From: an uncultured bacterium
GTDB lineage: Bacteria; Bacillota; Clostridia; Oscillospirales; CAG-272
Direction of reading: 5' to 3'
NCBI GenBank assembly: GCA_949282345.1
Contig: CASDOQ010000015.1
Location: 17,488-81,487, forward strand
Length of the DNA stretch: 64,000 nt
Position numbers and translations under genes: made by a program. The notes under the pieces are model-generated. The model searched no databases and had not been told where the DNA came from. It saw only the letters and a list, made by a program, of their open reading frames with translations. The number at the start of each line of letters is the position of its first letter. Position 1 is the first letter of the stretch. Positions 34,654 to 43,227 of the stretch are shown here, piece after piece.

Positions 34654-34748
34654 AGTATCTCCTCCAAGGCCGGGAAACGCATCTGCGCAGGATCCCGGCG
34701 GTCATTTTCCATGTTTTTTGGTATCGGTATCGGTTTCAACCGTACTTT

Positions 34749-34777
34749 ATTATACCTTTCACGCCCCGGTCTGTCAA
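34749..34777 (-). promoter_or_regulatory. Sigma-A-type promoter of galT
   Basis: The minus strand reads TTGACA-GACCGGGGCGTGAAAGG-TATAAT. Confidence 0.6.
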
Positions 34778-34896
34778 GAAAAAAGCGACCGCGGGCGGAA
34801 AAATCGCCGGGTTCTGAAAAGGATCGGCGGCACGAAAAAATCGCTACCGCCGAATCTGCGAAGGACGAACCCGGAAAAGGCCGCCGTTCCTTTTTC

Positions 34897-36258
34897 TTAT
34901 TTCCCGATGAGCGGCAGGGAGGCAGCGGCAATACTCTGCCCCACGCGGCGCATCTTTTCGTTCGGCATCGAGATCTTCACGCCGAGTTCGGGATATTCTT
35001 CGTCCAGCACCTTCTGGGCGCGGGCAAGCAGGAGGTCGCCCCCCCGGCCGCTCGTCACCCGGCCGAGGATGATCAGGTGATTGATCTGATAAAACAGGCT
35101 GTAGAAGGCCGTGGCATATCCGAGATAGGTCCCGATGTCCTCATAGATCTGTGCGGCAACGGGCGAGCCATCCTCCATCATCTTCTGCACGACCTTGAGT
35201 TTTTCGGCGGGTGCCATCCCCTCCGGGAAGGTGATGCCGGCGTATCCCGCCAGTTTGATCACGCCGTCCTGCGAGAAATACTGCGCCCCGACGCCGATAT
35301 CGTCTGCCGCTTCATCGTATCCCGCCTCGGCGGAGAGATCGACCGGGACGAACGCCAGTTCGTTCAGCCAGCCGTTGATCCCGCCATCGGTATTGATATA
35401 ACCGCCCGCCTCGGAGGTTCCCATGGCGATGCCGAGGATCCCATTCTCCCCGAGCGACATACTGCCGGCCAGCGCCGTGACGTCCCCGTCGTTGGCCACT
35501 TCGATCGGCGCGCCGATCTCCTTGGCGACATTCAGATAAATATCCTTGATATGCGCGTCAAAATCGTCGGCGGGGATCATGCGGAAAAGGCTGGCCAGCA
35601 TGGCGCGGTTGTTGACATAGATCCCGGCACTCGAAACGCCGATGGCATCGACACGCGGCATCTTAGCGGCGGCCGATTTCATCGCGGCGAGAATGCCGTC
35701 GTAATGATAATGCCAGTCGGCCGTCGTTTTCGGATTCCAGACGACCTCCTCGCTGTATACCGTCTCCCCGTCGACCACGGCGCTCACCTTCCGGTCGCTC
35801 CCGCCGGCGTCAAAGCCGATACGGCAACCGTCCAGATGTCCGCCGAGCTGAAGGCTCTTCCTGGTCGTTTCCGGCACGTCGGAAGGGGCGGCGCAGGCAA
35901 CGATCTCAAAATCGCTTTCAAAAACACGCGCCATCATCTCGGCGTCCTTGTGCCGCACGCCGTCCGGCGCGTATTCGCGCTTCATCCGGGCAACGACGTA
36001 CTCGGGCGCATAGAGATACACACGGTGGCCGCCCACGATCCAGAGCAGGGCCTTGGTCAGCCGCTCGATCATGCGGTAATTCTCCTCTTCGTGCCCCTCC
36101 GCGTAAAGATCCAACGGATAGGCGTACACGTTCCCGCCGCCGCTGACCGCGATCCGTGCGGAAAATGCATGACCCTCCTTTGCCACCCCTGCGGAAAAAG
36201 CCGAGAGTTCCACAATAAAGGGATGATAATGCTTATCCAGTACCGTATTGAATTTCAT
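34897..36258 (-). CDS. ROK-family sugar kinase-like protein with an N-terminal extension of about 150 aa
   Basis: ATG 36258 follows AAGGAGG. ...CRIGFDAGGSDRKVSAV...VANDGDVTALAG...GIAMGTSEAGGYI (ROK/actin-fold ATPase motifs). Confidence 0.7.
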   Translation of the reverse strand: MKFNTVLDKHYHPFIVELSAFSAGVAKEGHAFSARIAVSGGGNVYAYPLDLYAEGHEEENYRMIERLTKALLWIVGGHRVYLYAPEYVVARMKREYAPDGVRHKDAEMMARVFESDFEIVACAAPSDVPETTRKSLQLGGHLDGCRIGFDAGGSDRKVSAVVDGETVYSEEVVWNPKTTADWHYHYDGILAAMKSAAAKMPRVDAIGVSSAGIYVNNRAMLASLFRMIPADDFDAHIKDIYLNVAKEIGAPIEVANDGDVTALAGSMSLGENGILGIAMGTSEAGGYINTDGGINGWLNELAFVPVDLSAEAGYDEAADDIGVGAQYFSQDGVIKLAGYAGITFPEGMAPAEKLKVVQKMMEDGSPVAAQIYEDIGTYLGYATAFYSLFYQINHLIILGRVTSGRGGDLLLARAQKVLDEEYPELGVKISMPNEKMRRVGQSIAAASLPLIGK

Positions 36259-36300
36259 GATCTGCCTCCTTGTATCTTCCTGTCGATTTCTTTCCCTTAA

Positions 36301-36329
36301 AATATACCATCCCCGCCCCGGACTGTCAA
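36301..36329 (-). promoter_or_regulatory. Sigma-A-type promoter of the ROK gene
   Basis: The minus strand reads TTGACA-GTCCGGGGCGGGGATGG-TATATT. Confidence 0.55.
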
Positions 36330-36395
36330 GAATTATCAAAAGAAACAGCCGATTTTACCCGTTCCGCATTTTTTTGCCCGACATAGCGAAAACGG

Positions 36396-36424
36396 TTGAC
36401 ATAAAGGGGAAAAACAGATATAAT
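36396..36424 (+). promoter_or_regulatory. Sigma-A-type promoter of cysE
   Basis: TTGACA (36396-36401), 17 nt, TATAAT (36419-36424). Confidence 0.65.
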
Positions 36425-36689
36425 GATAAAGTAAAAGCAAAAATGTGCGAGGAGAGCGGCCATATCCGCCATTTACCGTTCAATCTGTGAACCGATCGGA
36501 AACACGCCGCTCATAGAGCCTGAAAAACCGGAAAAGAAATACGGCCTCCCGGCCCGGCTTCTCTTAAGGCCGGAGGCACGCAATCCGGTAGGTTCCGCCA
36601 AGGATCGGGGCGCGCTCCTGCCCGACACCGGGGAAGGTTACGTCTCCTCCCTGTATGCCGAATAAACGCGCCCGAAGAAAGGATCTTGT
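36425..36689 (+). promoter_or_regulatory. Long structured 5' leader of cysE (about 260 nt), class unresolved
   Basis: The leader lies between a consensus promoter and the cysE ATG. It contains GAGCGGC...GCCGCTC pairing and a strong GCCTCCCGGCC...GGCCGGAGGC hairpin (36542-36578). I found no confident riboswitch or T-box signature. Confidence 0.3.
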
Positions 36690-37505
36690 ATGACGACTGA
36701 AAATATATTGCAAAAAACCGCCGCTGCGCTGGGCGAGGACGAAGGGCAGAGCTATGTCGGTCTGCGGGAGCGGGTACGCTCCCTGATCGACCAGCTTTTG
36801 GCCGCTCTTTTCCCCCGCCACGTGGCCTCCAACCTGCCCGCCGACCGGCTCTCGCGCTTGGAGATCGCACACGCGACCCTGCGCGGGATGCTCGCCTCCA
36901 CGCTCCCCGCGGAAGAGGCCGGTCACTACGCCGACCGCATGATCGCCGAGATCCCTTCGGTGATGGAACTGTTACGCACCGACATTCTGGCGGCCTATCA
37001 GGGCGACCCCGCCGCCCGGAATACCGATGAGGTCATCCTCTGCTACCCCGCCTTTACCGCCATCAGCATCTACCGGCTGGCCAATCTCCTCTTCCGCATG
37101 GGAGTGCCGCTCCTGCCCCGGATGATGACCGAATACGCGCACGAACGCACGGGGATCGATATTCATCCCGGCGCCACGATCGGCCCCTACTTTTTCATCG
37201 ACCACGGCACCGGCGTTGTCATCGGCGAGACGACCACCATCGGGGAGCACGTCACCCTCTACCAGCATGTTACCCTCGGTGCGAAAAACTTTGAAGTCGG
37301 GGAAGACGGCCTGCTCGTCAAGGGAATCAAGCGCCACCCCGACATCGGGAACCACGTGGTGATCTATGCGGGCGCCACCATCCTCGGCGGTAATACCGTC
37401 ATCGGCGACCACTGCACCATCGGGGGCAACGTCTGGCTGACGCACTCGGTCCCCGCCGGGCAGACCGTCGTCACCCGCCCCTCTGTAGAGGTCAAGGGCG
37501 TATAA
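36690..37505 (+). CDS. cysE: Serine O-acetyltransferase (long form)
   Basis: ...AAYQGDPAARNTDEVILCYPAF...GIDIHPGATIGPYFFIDHGTGVVIGETTTIGEHVTLYQHVTLG... shows hexapeptide repeats. Confidence 0.85.
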   Translation: MTTENILQKTAAALGEDEGQSYVGLRERVRSLIDQLLAALFPRHVASNLPADRLSRLEIAHATLRGMLASTLPAEEAGHYADRMIAEIPSVMELLRTDILAAYQGDPAARNTDEVILCYPAFTAISIYRLANLLFRMGVPLLPRMMTEYAHERTGIDIHPGATIGPYFFIDHGTGVVIGETTTIGEHVTLYQHVTLGAKNFEVGEDGLLVKGIKRHPDIGNHVVIYAGATILGGNTVIGDHCTIGGNVWLTHSVPAGQTVVTRPSVEVKGV

Positions 37506-37679
37506 AGCGGAACCGCCCCTCTCCCCTCTCCCAAGTCGGCGAAAGACGCCGAAAGGACCTGAAACGAAAAAGCGATCCGGGCACGGCAAAAATCGCCGCG
37601 CCCGGGTATTTTTTATCGAGCTTTTCCACGCGTCTGTTTTATGAAGCGTTGTTTCCTGAGATCGCTGTCGAAAAAGCCG

Positions 37680-37711
37680 AAAAGAAAGAGGACGGCAAAA
37701 AACCACCGTCC
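37680..37711 (-). terminator. Intrinsic terminator after rnpB
   Basis: The minus strand reads GGACGG-tggttttttg-CCGTCC, followed by TCTTTCTTTT. Confidence 0.55.
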
Positions 37712-38081
37712 CCACAAGTGCGCCTGTAAGCCGGGTTCTGTTCTCTTGCGAGCCGCGACCATCTATCTTTGCGCCGCGTTACCGCGCCGCTCAGAGCATG
37801 GCTCCTGCCACCATTGCCACAGGCGGGGGGCGCCTTGGTCTGCACCGGCAAAGGTGTTGCTTCGGATAGGGTTTGCAGGGCATCCCACGTCACCGCGGGA
37901 TCGGTGAGCTCTTACCTCGCCTTTCCATCCTTACCGTAAAACGGCGGTTTATTTCTGTTGCACTTTCCCTGGGGTCACCCCCGGCGGACGTTATCCGTTA
38001 TCCTCCCCCCGGAAGCCCGGACTTTCCTCACGGTACTGCCTTTCGGTATGATACCGCGCGGCCGCGCAGCGCACTTGCCCC
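37712..38081 (-). ncRNA. rnpB: RNase P RNA (M1-type ribozyme)
   Basis: The minus strand contains the universal P4 strands GAGGAAAGTCCGGGCTTC (about 38008-38025) and ACAGAACCCGGCTTACAGG (about 37725-37743). P1 pairs CAAGTGCGC (38077-38069) with GCGCACTTG (37723-37715). A TTGACA-N17-TATAAT promoter ends 3-6 nt upstream of the 5' end. The length is about 370 nt. Confidence 0.88.
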
Positions 38082-38084
38082 GTC

Positions 38085-38113
38085 ATTATACACTTTCCCC
38101 GGTTTTTTGTCAA
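38085..38113 (-). promoter_or_regulatory. Sigma-A-type promoter of rnpB
   Basis: The minus strand reads TTGACA (38113-38108), 17 nt, TATAAT (38090-38085). Confidence 0.65.
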
Positions 38114-38215
38114 GCGATTTCCCTGGCCGCCTGTTTTTTTCAAAAACCCATTGTTTTTTTGAAAATCTATGATATAATAATTAAGTTAAATTCAAAAAGC
38201 AAAGAGGAAAAGAAG

Positions 38216-40054
38216 TTGAAACGCACCGATTTACGCAATGTTGCGATCATCGCCCACGTTGACCACGGCAAAACCACATTGGTCGACGAAATGCTCCGGC
38301 AGGGCGGCATCTACCGTGAAAATCAGGAAACGGTGGAACGCGTTATGGACAGCAATGATATTGAGCGGGAACGCGGTATCACCATTCTGGCCAAGAACAC
38401 CGCCGTCCATTACAAAAACACAAAGATCAATATCGTTGACACCCCCGGCCACGCCGATTTCGGCGGGGAGGTAGAACGCATCCTGAAAATGGTCAACGGC
38501 GTAATCCTGCTGGTCGACGCGGCGGAAGGCCCGATGCCGCAGACCCGGTTCGTGCTTGAAAAGGCCCTGGCGCTGAACCACCGCGTGATCGTCGTTATCA
38601 ATAAAATCGACCGTCCCGATGCCCGGATCGAAGAGGTGGAGGAAGAGGTACTCGAACTCCTCATGGACCTCAACGCCACCGACGAACAGCTCGACTCCCC
38701 GATGCTCTTCTGCTCCGGCCGTGCGGGCACCGCGTCGCTTTCGCCCTACGAAGCGGGAAAGGATCTCGTCCCGCTGTTTGACACCATTCTCGATTACATT
38801 CCCGCGCCCGAAGGAGACGAGGAAGGGCCTCTTCAGCTTCTCGTTTCTTCGATCGACTATAACGAATACGTGGGGCGCATCGGCATCGGCCGGATCGAGC
38901 GCGGCGTCCTCCGTCAGAACCAGGACGTCTCGATCGTCAATTATCACGATCCCGACACACAGAAACGGGCGCGCATCGTCTCGATCTATCAGTTTGACGG
39001 ATTGCGCCGCATCCCGGTCACGGAGGCCCGGATGGGAGATATCGTCTGCTTCTCGGGAGCCGCCGACATCACCATCGGGGATACCGTATGCGCCGCCGGA
39101 ACTTCCAACCCCATCGAATTCGTCAAGGTGAGTGAACCGACCATTGAAATGACCTTCTCGGTCAATGACGGTCCGTTTGCGGGAACCGAGGGCAAGTACG
39201 TCACCTCCCGCCACCTGCGCGAAAGACTCTACCGCGAACTTCTCCGCGACGTTTCGCTCCGCGTCAGCGACGGCGATACGACCGACAGTTTCCGGGTGGC
39301 GGGGCGCGGAGAAATGCACCTTTCGATCCTGATTGAAAATATGCGCCGCGAAGGCTACGAGCTCTGCTGTTCCACCCCGCGCGTTCTCTACAAGGAGATC
39401 GACGGGAAGAAGCACGAACCGATCGAACGGCTTGAGATCGACGTACCCGAAGAATACCTCGGCGCGGTGATGGAAAAGATCGGCGCGCGCAAGGGCGAAC
39501 TGCTGGATATGCAGCTCCGCGGTTCGCGCCAGCGCCTCTTCTACCTGATCCCCTCGCGTTGCCTGTTCGGCTACCGCAGTGAATTCATGACCGACACGCG
39601 CGGGGAGGGGATCATGAACACGGTTTTTGAGGGGTACGCCCCCTTCAAGGGAGAGATCACCGTGCGCTTCACCGGTTCTTTGGTTGCCAGCGAGACCGGA
39701 GAGACCACCAGTTACGGCCTCTATTATACACAGGACCGCGGGCCGCTCTTCATCGGTCCGTCCGTACAGGTCTATGAAGGACAGATCGTCGGAGAAAACC
39801 CGAAGATGGGCGATATCTCGGTCAACGTATGCAAGAAAAAGCATCTGACCGCTGTCCGCTCTAAAGGTGCGGATGAAGCCCTGACCCTGATCACCCCGAA
39901 GGTGATGTCGCTGGAAGAAGCGATCGAATTCATTGCGGATGACGAGCTGATGGAAGTCACGCCGAAATCGCTCCGTCTCCGCAAACGCATCCTCGACACG
40001 CCGACCCGTCTGAAAGCCCAGGCCGCCCGTCAGCGCGCCGCCGAGACCGTCTGA
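38216..40054 (+). CDS. typA: Translational GTPase TypA/BipA
   Basis: TTG start at 38216 follows AGAGGAAAAG. (M)KRTDLRNVAIIAHVDHGKTTLVDEML...DTPGHADFGGEVER...NKIDRP. The protein is 612 aa. The ORF-track start at 37958 would overlap rnpB. Confidence 0.9.
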   Translation: MKRTDLRNVAIIAHVDHGKTTLVDEMLRQGGIYRENQETVERVMDSNDIERERGITILAKNTAVHYKNTKINIVDTPGHADFGGEVERILKMVNGVILLVDAAEGPMPQTRFVLEKALALNHRVIVVINKIDRPDARIEEVEEEVLELLMDLNATDEQLDSPMLFCSGRAGTASLSPYEAGKDLVPLFDTILDYIPAPEGDEEGPLQLLVSSIDYNEYVGRIGIGRIERGVLRQNQDVSIVNYHDPDTQKRARIVSIYQFDGLRRIPVTEARMGDIVCFSGAADITIGDTVCAAGTSNPIEFVKVSEPTIEMTFSVNDGPFAGTEGKYVTSRHLRERLYRELLRDVSLRVSDGDTTDSFRVAGRGEMHLSILIENMRREGYELCCSTPRVLYKEIDGKKHEPIERLEIDVPEEYLGAVMEKIGARKGELLDMQLRGSRQRLFYLIPSRCLFGYRSEFMTDTRGEGIMNTVFEGYAPFKGEITVRFTGSLVASETGETTSYGLYYTQDRGPLFIGPSVQVYEGQIVGENPKMGDISVNVCKKKHLTAVRSKGADEALTLITPKVMSLEEAIEFIADDELMEVTPKSLRLRKRILDTPTRLKAQAARQRAAETV

Positions 40055-40097
40055 CCCGGAAAAGTTCACCGTTACGCCGGCTTTTTGGAGTAACCCA

Positions 40098-40129
40098 AAG
40101 CCGCATCCTTTATCGGATGCGGCTTTTTT
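40098..40129 (+). terminator. Intrinsic terminator of typA
   Basis: AAAGCCGCATCC-tttatc-GGATGCGGCTTTTTT. Confidence 0.8.
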
Positions 40130-40277
40130 CACGGAAAGGAGCTCCGAAAGAGATCGGTCACGCCGGCGCCTCTTAAGCGCTCCGGCCAAAACAAGGCCGC
40201 CGGGGATCGCACGGCAAGCGTTTCGCCGCCTTTCATATCCGCCCTGTCCCCGACATAAGATAAAGGGGAGGCGTAGC

Positions 40278-41702
40278 ATGAAGATTCTTGATTTTCTCAA
40301 CACCTGTGTTTTCGGAGCCTGCCTTGGACCGCTCCTTCTTTTCTCGGGGCTTTATTTCTGGATCAGGCTCCGCGCGTTTTTTCTTTCCCACCCGCACCGC
40401 GCCCTTGCCCTGATGCGGAAGGAAAGGAACGAAAACGGCAACTCTTTCCGCGCGCTCGCGGTCGCGCTGGCAGGCACGCTTGGGGCGGGGAACATTGCCG
40501 GCGTTGCGGTCGCGCTTGTTTCGGGCGGGGCCGGCTCGATCTTCTGGATGTGGGTGGGAGCCTTCGCCTCCATGATGCTGAAATACGCGGAGATCGCCCT
40601 GACGATCGATGCGCGCCGGGGAGAGAACCGTGGGGCGGTAGACTATATCCGACCGGCTCTCGGCCGGTGGCCGGCCCTTGTCTTTTCCCTCCTCGCTTTT
40701 GCCTGTTCTCTTTTCATGGGGAGTCTCATGCAGGGAAACGTCATTGCAGAAGCGATGGAAAGCACCTTTTCGATCCGACGTTCCCTCACGGGGGTGATCC
40801 TCCTTGTCGTCACGCTCCTCCTCTTTCTCGGCGGTAGACGCTTTCTGGAAGGAGCGGCAGGTTTTCTGATCCCGATCCTGACGGCAATCTATATTCTGCT
40901 TGCCCTTTTCTTTATTTTTGTAAACATAACTTCCCTTCCTTCGGTTTTTTCACGGATATTGTGCGACGCCTTTTCTCTCCGCAGTGCCGGCGGCGGGATC
41001 GCCGGAACCGTTGCGGCGCGTGCCGTCCGCGCCGGAATATCCAAAGGCCTTTTCTCCAATGAAGCAGGAGCGGGGACGGCACCGATGGCACACGGCGGAG
41101 CGGCCACGCGCATTCCGGCGCGGCAGGGGCTTTTCGGCGTTTTGGAGGTCTTTATCGATACCATCGTCGTCTGCTCGATGACCGCCTTCGTGATCCTCCT
41201 TTCCTTTGAGGAGATTCCGGCAGGGACAGAGGGAACGGCTTTGGTGAGCGCAGCCTTTTCCAGTCTGTACGGCCGGGCGGCGGGAGCCATCGTGGCACTC
41301 TCGATCGCGGCGTTTGCCTATGCCACGGTGGCCTGTTGGAGTTATTACGGCCGGCTTGCCGTGGCGGCACTCACAGGCAGTTGCCTTGCCCGCTTTTTCT
41401 ACCCTTTTCTTTTCTCCTTTCTACTTTTTATCGGTGCCTGCGTCCCGGCCGATTGGGCGTGGGGGATGACCGATGCGGTCCTGGCCGCCATGACCTTTCT
41501 GAACGTCTTTGCGCTCTTAAAGGAGCGCCGGCGCATTCTCCTTCTGACCGAAGAAGCCGGATTGCTTCCCCGCTCTCTCCGCCGGAGAAAAAAGAAAAGC
41601 GCCCCCGGAACAGGGGGCGCGGGAGGTACGAAAGAACCGGGCTATACCCAACGGAAAATTCCGAAAGAAGGCGGGAGAGAACGAGCGGCGGGGCGATATT
41701 GA
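40278..41702 (+). CDS. Alanine/glycine:cation symporter (AGCS family)
   Basis: ...FRALAVALAGTLGAGNIAGVAVALVSGGAGSIFWMW...SNEAGAGTAPMAH... The protein has about 11 TM segments. Confidence 0.85.
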   Translation: MKILDFLNTCVFGACLGPLLLFSGLYFWIRLRAFFLSHPHRALALMRKERNENGNSFRALAVALAGTLGAGNIAGVAVALVSGGAGSIFWMWVGAFASMMLKYAEIALTIDARRGENRGAVDYIRPALGRWPALVFSLLAFACSLFMGSLMQGNVIAEAMESTFSIRRSLTGVILLVVTLLLFLGGRRFLEGAAGFLIPILTAIYILLALFFIFVNITSLPSVFSRILCDAFSLRSAGGGIAGTVAARAVRAGISKGLFSNEAGAGTAPMAHGGAATRIPARQGLFGVLEVFIDTIVVCSMTAFVILLSFEEIPAGTEGTALVSAAFSSLYGRAAGAIVALSIAAFAYATVACWSYYGRLAVAALTGSCLARFFYPFLFSFLLFIGACVPADWAWGMTDAVLAAMTFLNVFALLKERRRILLLTEEAGLLPRSLRRRKKKSAPGTGGAGGTKEPGYTQRKIPKEGGRERAAGRY

Positions 41703-41741
41703 AAGATTGCTTGCTACCCCGGCAACCGATCCGAAGTTTTT

Positions 41742-42953
41742 TCAAAGGATCCGGATATGCGAAAGAATCTTTCCGCCGCAGGAGGAGAGGCGCGTCGCCT
41801 TGTCTTCATATTCACGCTCGCTCATCGGCGGGGTGAGAAGCTGGATCTCCCCAGCGGGAGAGGCAAGGAACTCCGCGTCGCCGAAGATGACCTCCACGCT
41901 GTTGCGTTCACAGTCCCCGACGGCAAGATAGCGGCGGGCGGCAAAATAGGAGAAATCCGTGAGGTCGCCTTCCTCGGCCGCGCGCCATGCGCTGTGATAA
42001 GGCGCGCCGCCCAGGGCCACGTGCAAGAGATCTCCTACCATGGCGGAAGCGGTCGGGCAGGCGCCGGCGCCGCGCCCGTAAAACAGCACGTTATCCACAA
42101 AATTCCCGTGAATCATCACGCCGTTGAAAACATCCGAGATACCGGCCAGCGGATTGGCCTTGTCCACCAGAAAGGGGGCTACCATCAGGAAAAATTCTCC
42201 GGCGGCCGTGCGGACCATACGGCCGAGGAGCTTGACGGCGTACCCGAGGGAGGAAGCGGCGCTGACGTCGGCAGAACGGATGGCGGTAATACCTTCCGTG
42301 TGGATATCGCCGGTACGGACGAGCGTTCCCGTCGCAATGGCGGCCAGAATGGCGATCTTGCGGCAAGCGTCCAATCCCTCCACGTCCGCGGCGGGATTTG
42401 CTTCGGCATAGCCTTTTTCCTGCGCTTCGGCCAGCGCGTCCGCAAATGAAGCACCGGCTTCATACATCCGGGTCAAAATATAGTTGGTGGTTCCGTTGAG
42501 GATCCCCGAGATGCTGTCGATCAGGTTCCCCGAAAGGTCGGAAGCCAACGGGTGCAGGACCGGGATCCCACCGCCGACGCTCGCTTCAAAGAGGTACAGA
42601 ACCCCCTTTTCCCTCGCCACGCGCAAAAGGTCAACGCCGAAATTGGCAACGACCTCCTTGTTGGAAGTGATGACGTGCTTTCCGGCCTCCAGCGCACGGA
42701 GCGAAAAATCGTAAGCCGGATGGCTCCCGCCCATGGCTTCGATCACTACCGAAACCTCCGGGTCCGAAACGATCGTTTCAAAATCCTTGACAAAAAGAGC
42801 CTGATACGGGCAGTCGGGAATCTCCCTCCGCTCGAGAATATACTTGACCGTGACCGGCCCGCCGACGCGTGCGGCGATCGCCTCCGCATTGGCGGTCAGA
42901 AGATCGGCCGTACCGCGACCGACAACGCCGCATCCGAGGATAGCTACCTGCAT
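41742..42953 (-). CDS. hom: Homoserine dehydrogenase
   Basis: ATG 42953 follows GGAGG. MQVAILGCGVVGRGT...VITSNKEVVA...FEASVGGGIPV..., with a C-terminal ACT-like domain. Confidence 0.88.
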   Translation of the reverse strand: MQVAILGCGVVGRGTADLLTANAEAIAARVGGPVTVKYILERREIPDCPYQALFVKDFETIVSDPEVSVVIEAMGGSHPAYDFSLRALEAGKHVITSNKEVVANFGVDLLRVAREKGVLYLFEASVGGGIPVLHPLASDLSGNLIDSISGILNGTTNYILTRMYEAGASFADALAEAQEKGYAEANPAADVEGLDACRKIAILAAIATGTLVRTGDIHTEGITAIRSADVSAASSLGYAVKLLGRMVRTAAGEFFLMVAPFLVDKANPLAGISDVFNGVMIHGNFVDNVLFYGRGAGACPTASAMVGDLLHVALGGAPYHSAWRAAEEGDLTDFSYFAARRYLAVGDCERNSVEVIFGDAEFLASPAGEIQLLTPPMSEREYEDKATRLSSCGGKILSHIRIL

Positions 42954-42998
42954 ACCGTTATGCCTCCATCTCGATAACATCATGTTGCATTCTATGTG

Positions 42999-43027
42999 AT
43001 TGTACCACAGCCTACCCAAAAATGCAA
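42999..43027 (-). promoter_or_regulatory. Sigma-A-type promoter of hom
   Basis: The minus strand reads TTGCAT (43027-43022), 17 nt ending TGg, TACAAT (43004-42999). Confidence 0.55.
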
Positions 43028-43171
43028 GCCCCCAAGTGAAAAAGAAGACCCGAAATTTTCCCGGGGCGGCGCTGTATCGGAGAGGGAAACGTATGCGGCG
43101 ACCGACCGGCATACGGATGCCGGAAGAAAAGCAAAAGAAACCGCCCGGAACATCAGGAAGACGCGCCGGGC

Positions 43172-43217
43172 AAAAAACAAAGAAGAGGAGAGCGGCGGCT
43201 CTCCTCTTTGCTTTTTC
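43172..43217. terminator. Bidirectional terminator downstream of the SLH-protein gene
   Basis: AAGAGGAGAGC-ggc-GGCTCTCCTCTT, flanked by A- and T-runs. Confidence 0.7.
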
Positions 43218-43227
43218 AATCCGACCG

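Noticed and set aside
33052-36300. Very long ORFs antisense to confident genes. Examples: 33052..36300 +, 25240..27549 +, 30473..32122 +, 43000..44739 +, 5422..6999 -, 7717..9786 -, 10391..12457 -, 38231..40303 -, 14165..14737 -.
   Set aside because: These are typical high-GC shadow ORFs. Their translations are Arg/Gly/Pro-rich and motif-free, and they lack RBSs. Each lies opposite a gene with unmistakable family motifs (galT/ROK, the SGNH lipoprotein, pgk, the SLH protein, the acyl ligase, the P-type ATPase, the CE7 lipoprotein, typA).
36425-36689. Calling the cysE leader a T-box riboswitch.
   Set aside because: The resemblance to the T-box sequence is only partial. I could not find the UGGN tRNA-acceptor-binding bulge, a specifier loop with a Cys codon, or a terminator/antiterminator pair. 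I kept it as an unresolved leader instead.
37639-38215. ORFs 37639..37893 (-), 37641..37907 (+) and 37873..38172 (+), plus the N-terminal extension of the typA ORF from 37958.
   Set aside because: This region encodes RNase P RNA on the minus strand, with conserved P4 strands, P1 pairing, a promoter and a terminator. TypA homology begins only at the TTG at 38216.
40130-40277. Glycine riboswitch upstream of the alanine/glycine symporter.
   Set aside because: AGCS genes are often glycine-riboswitch controlled. This 150-nt region lacks the GGAGAG...CACCGAAGGGGCAA-type cores.
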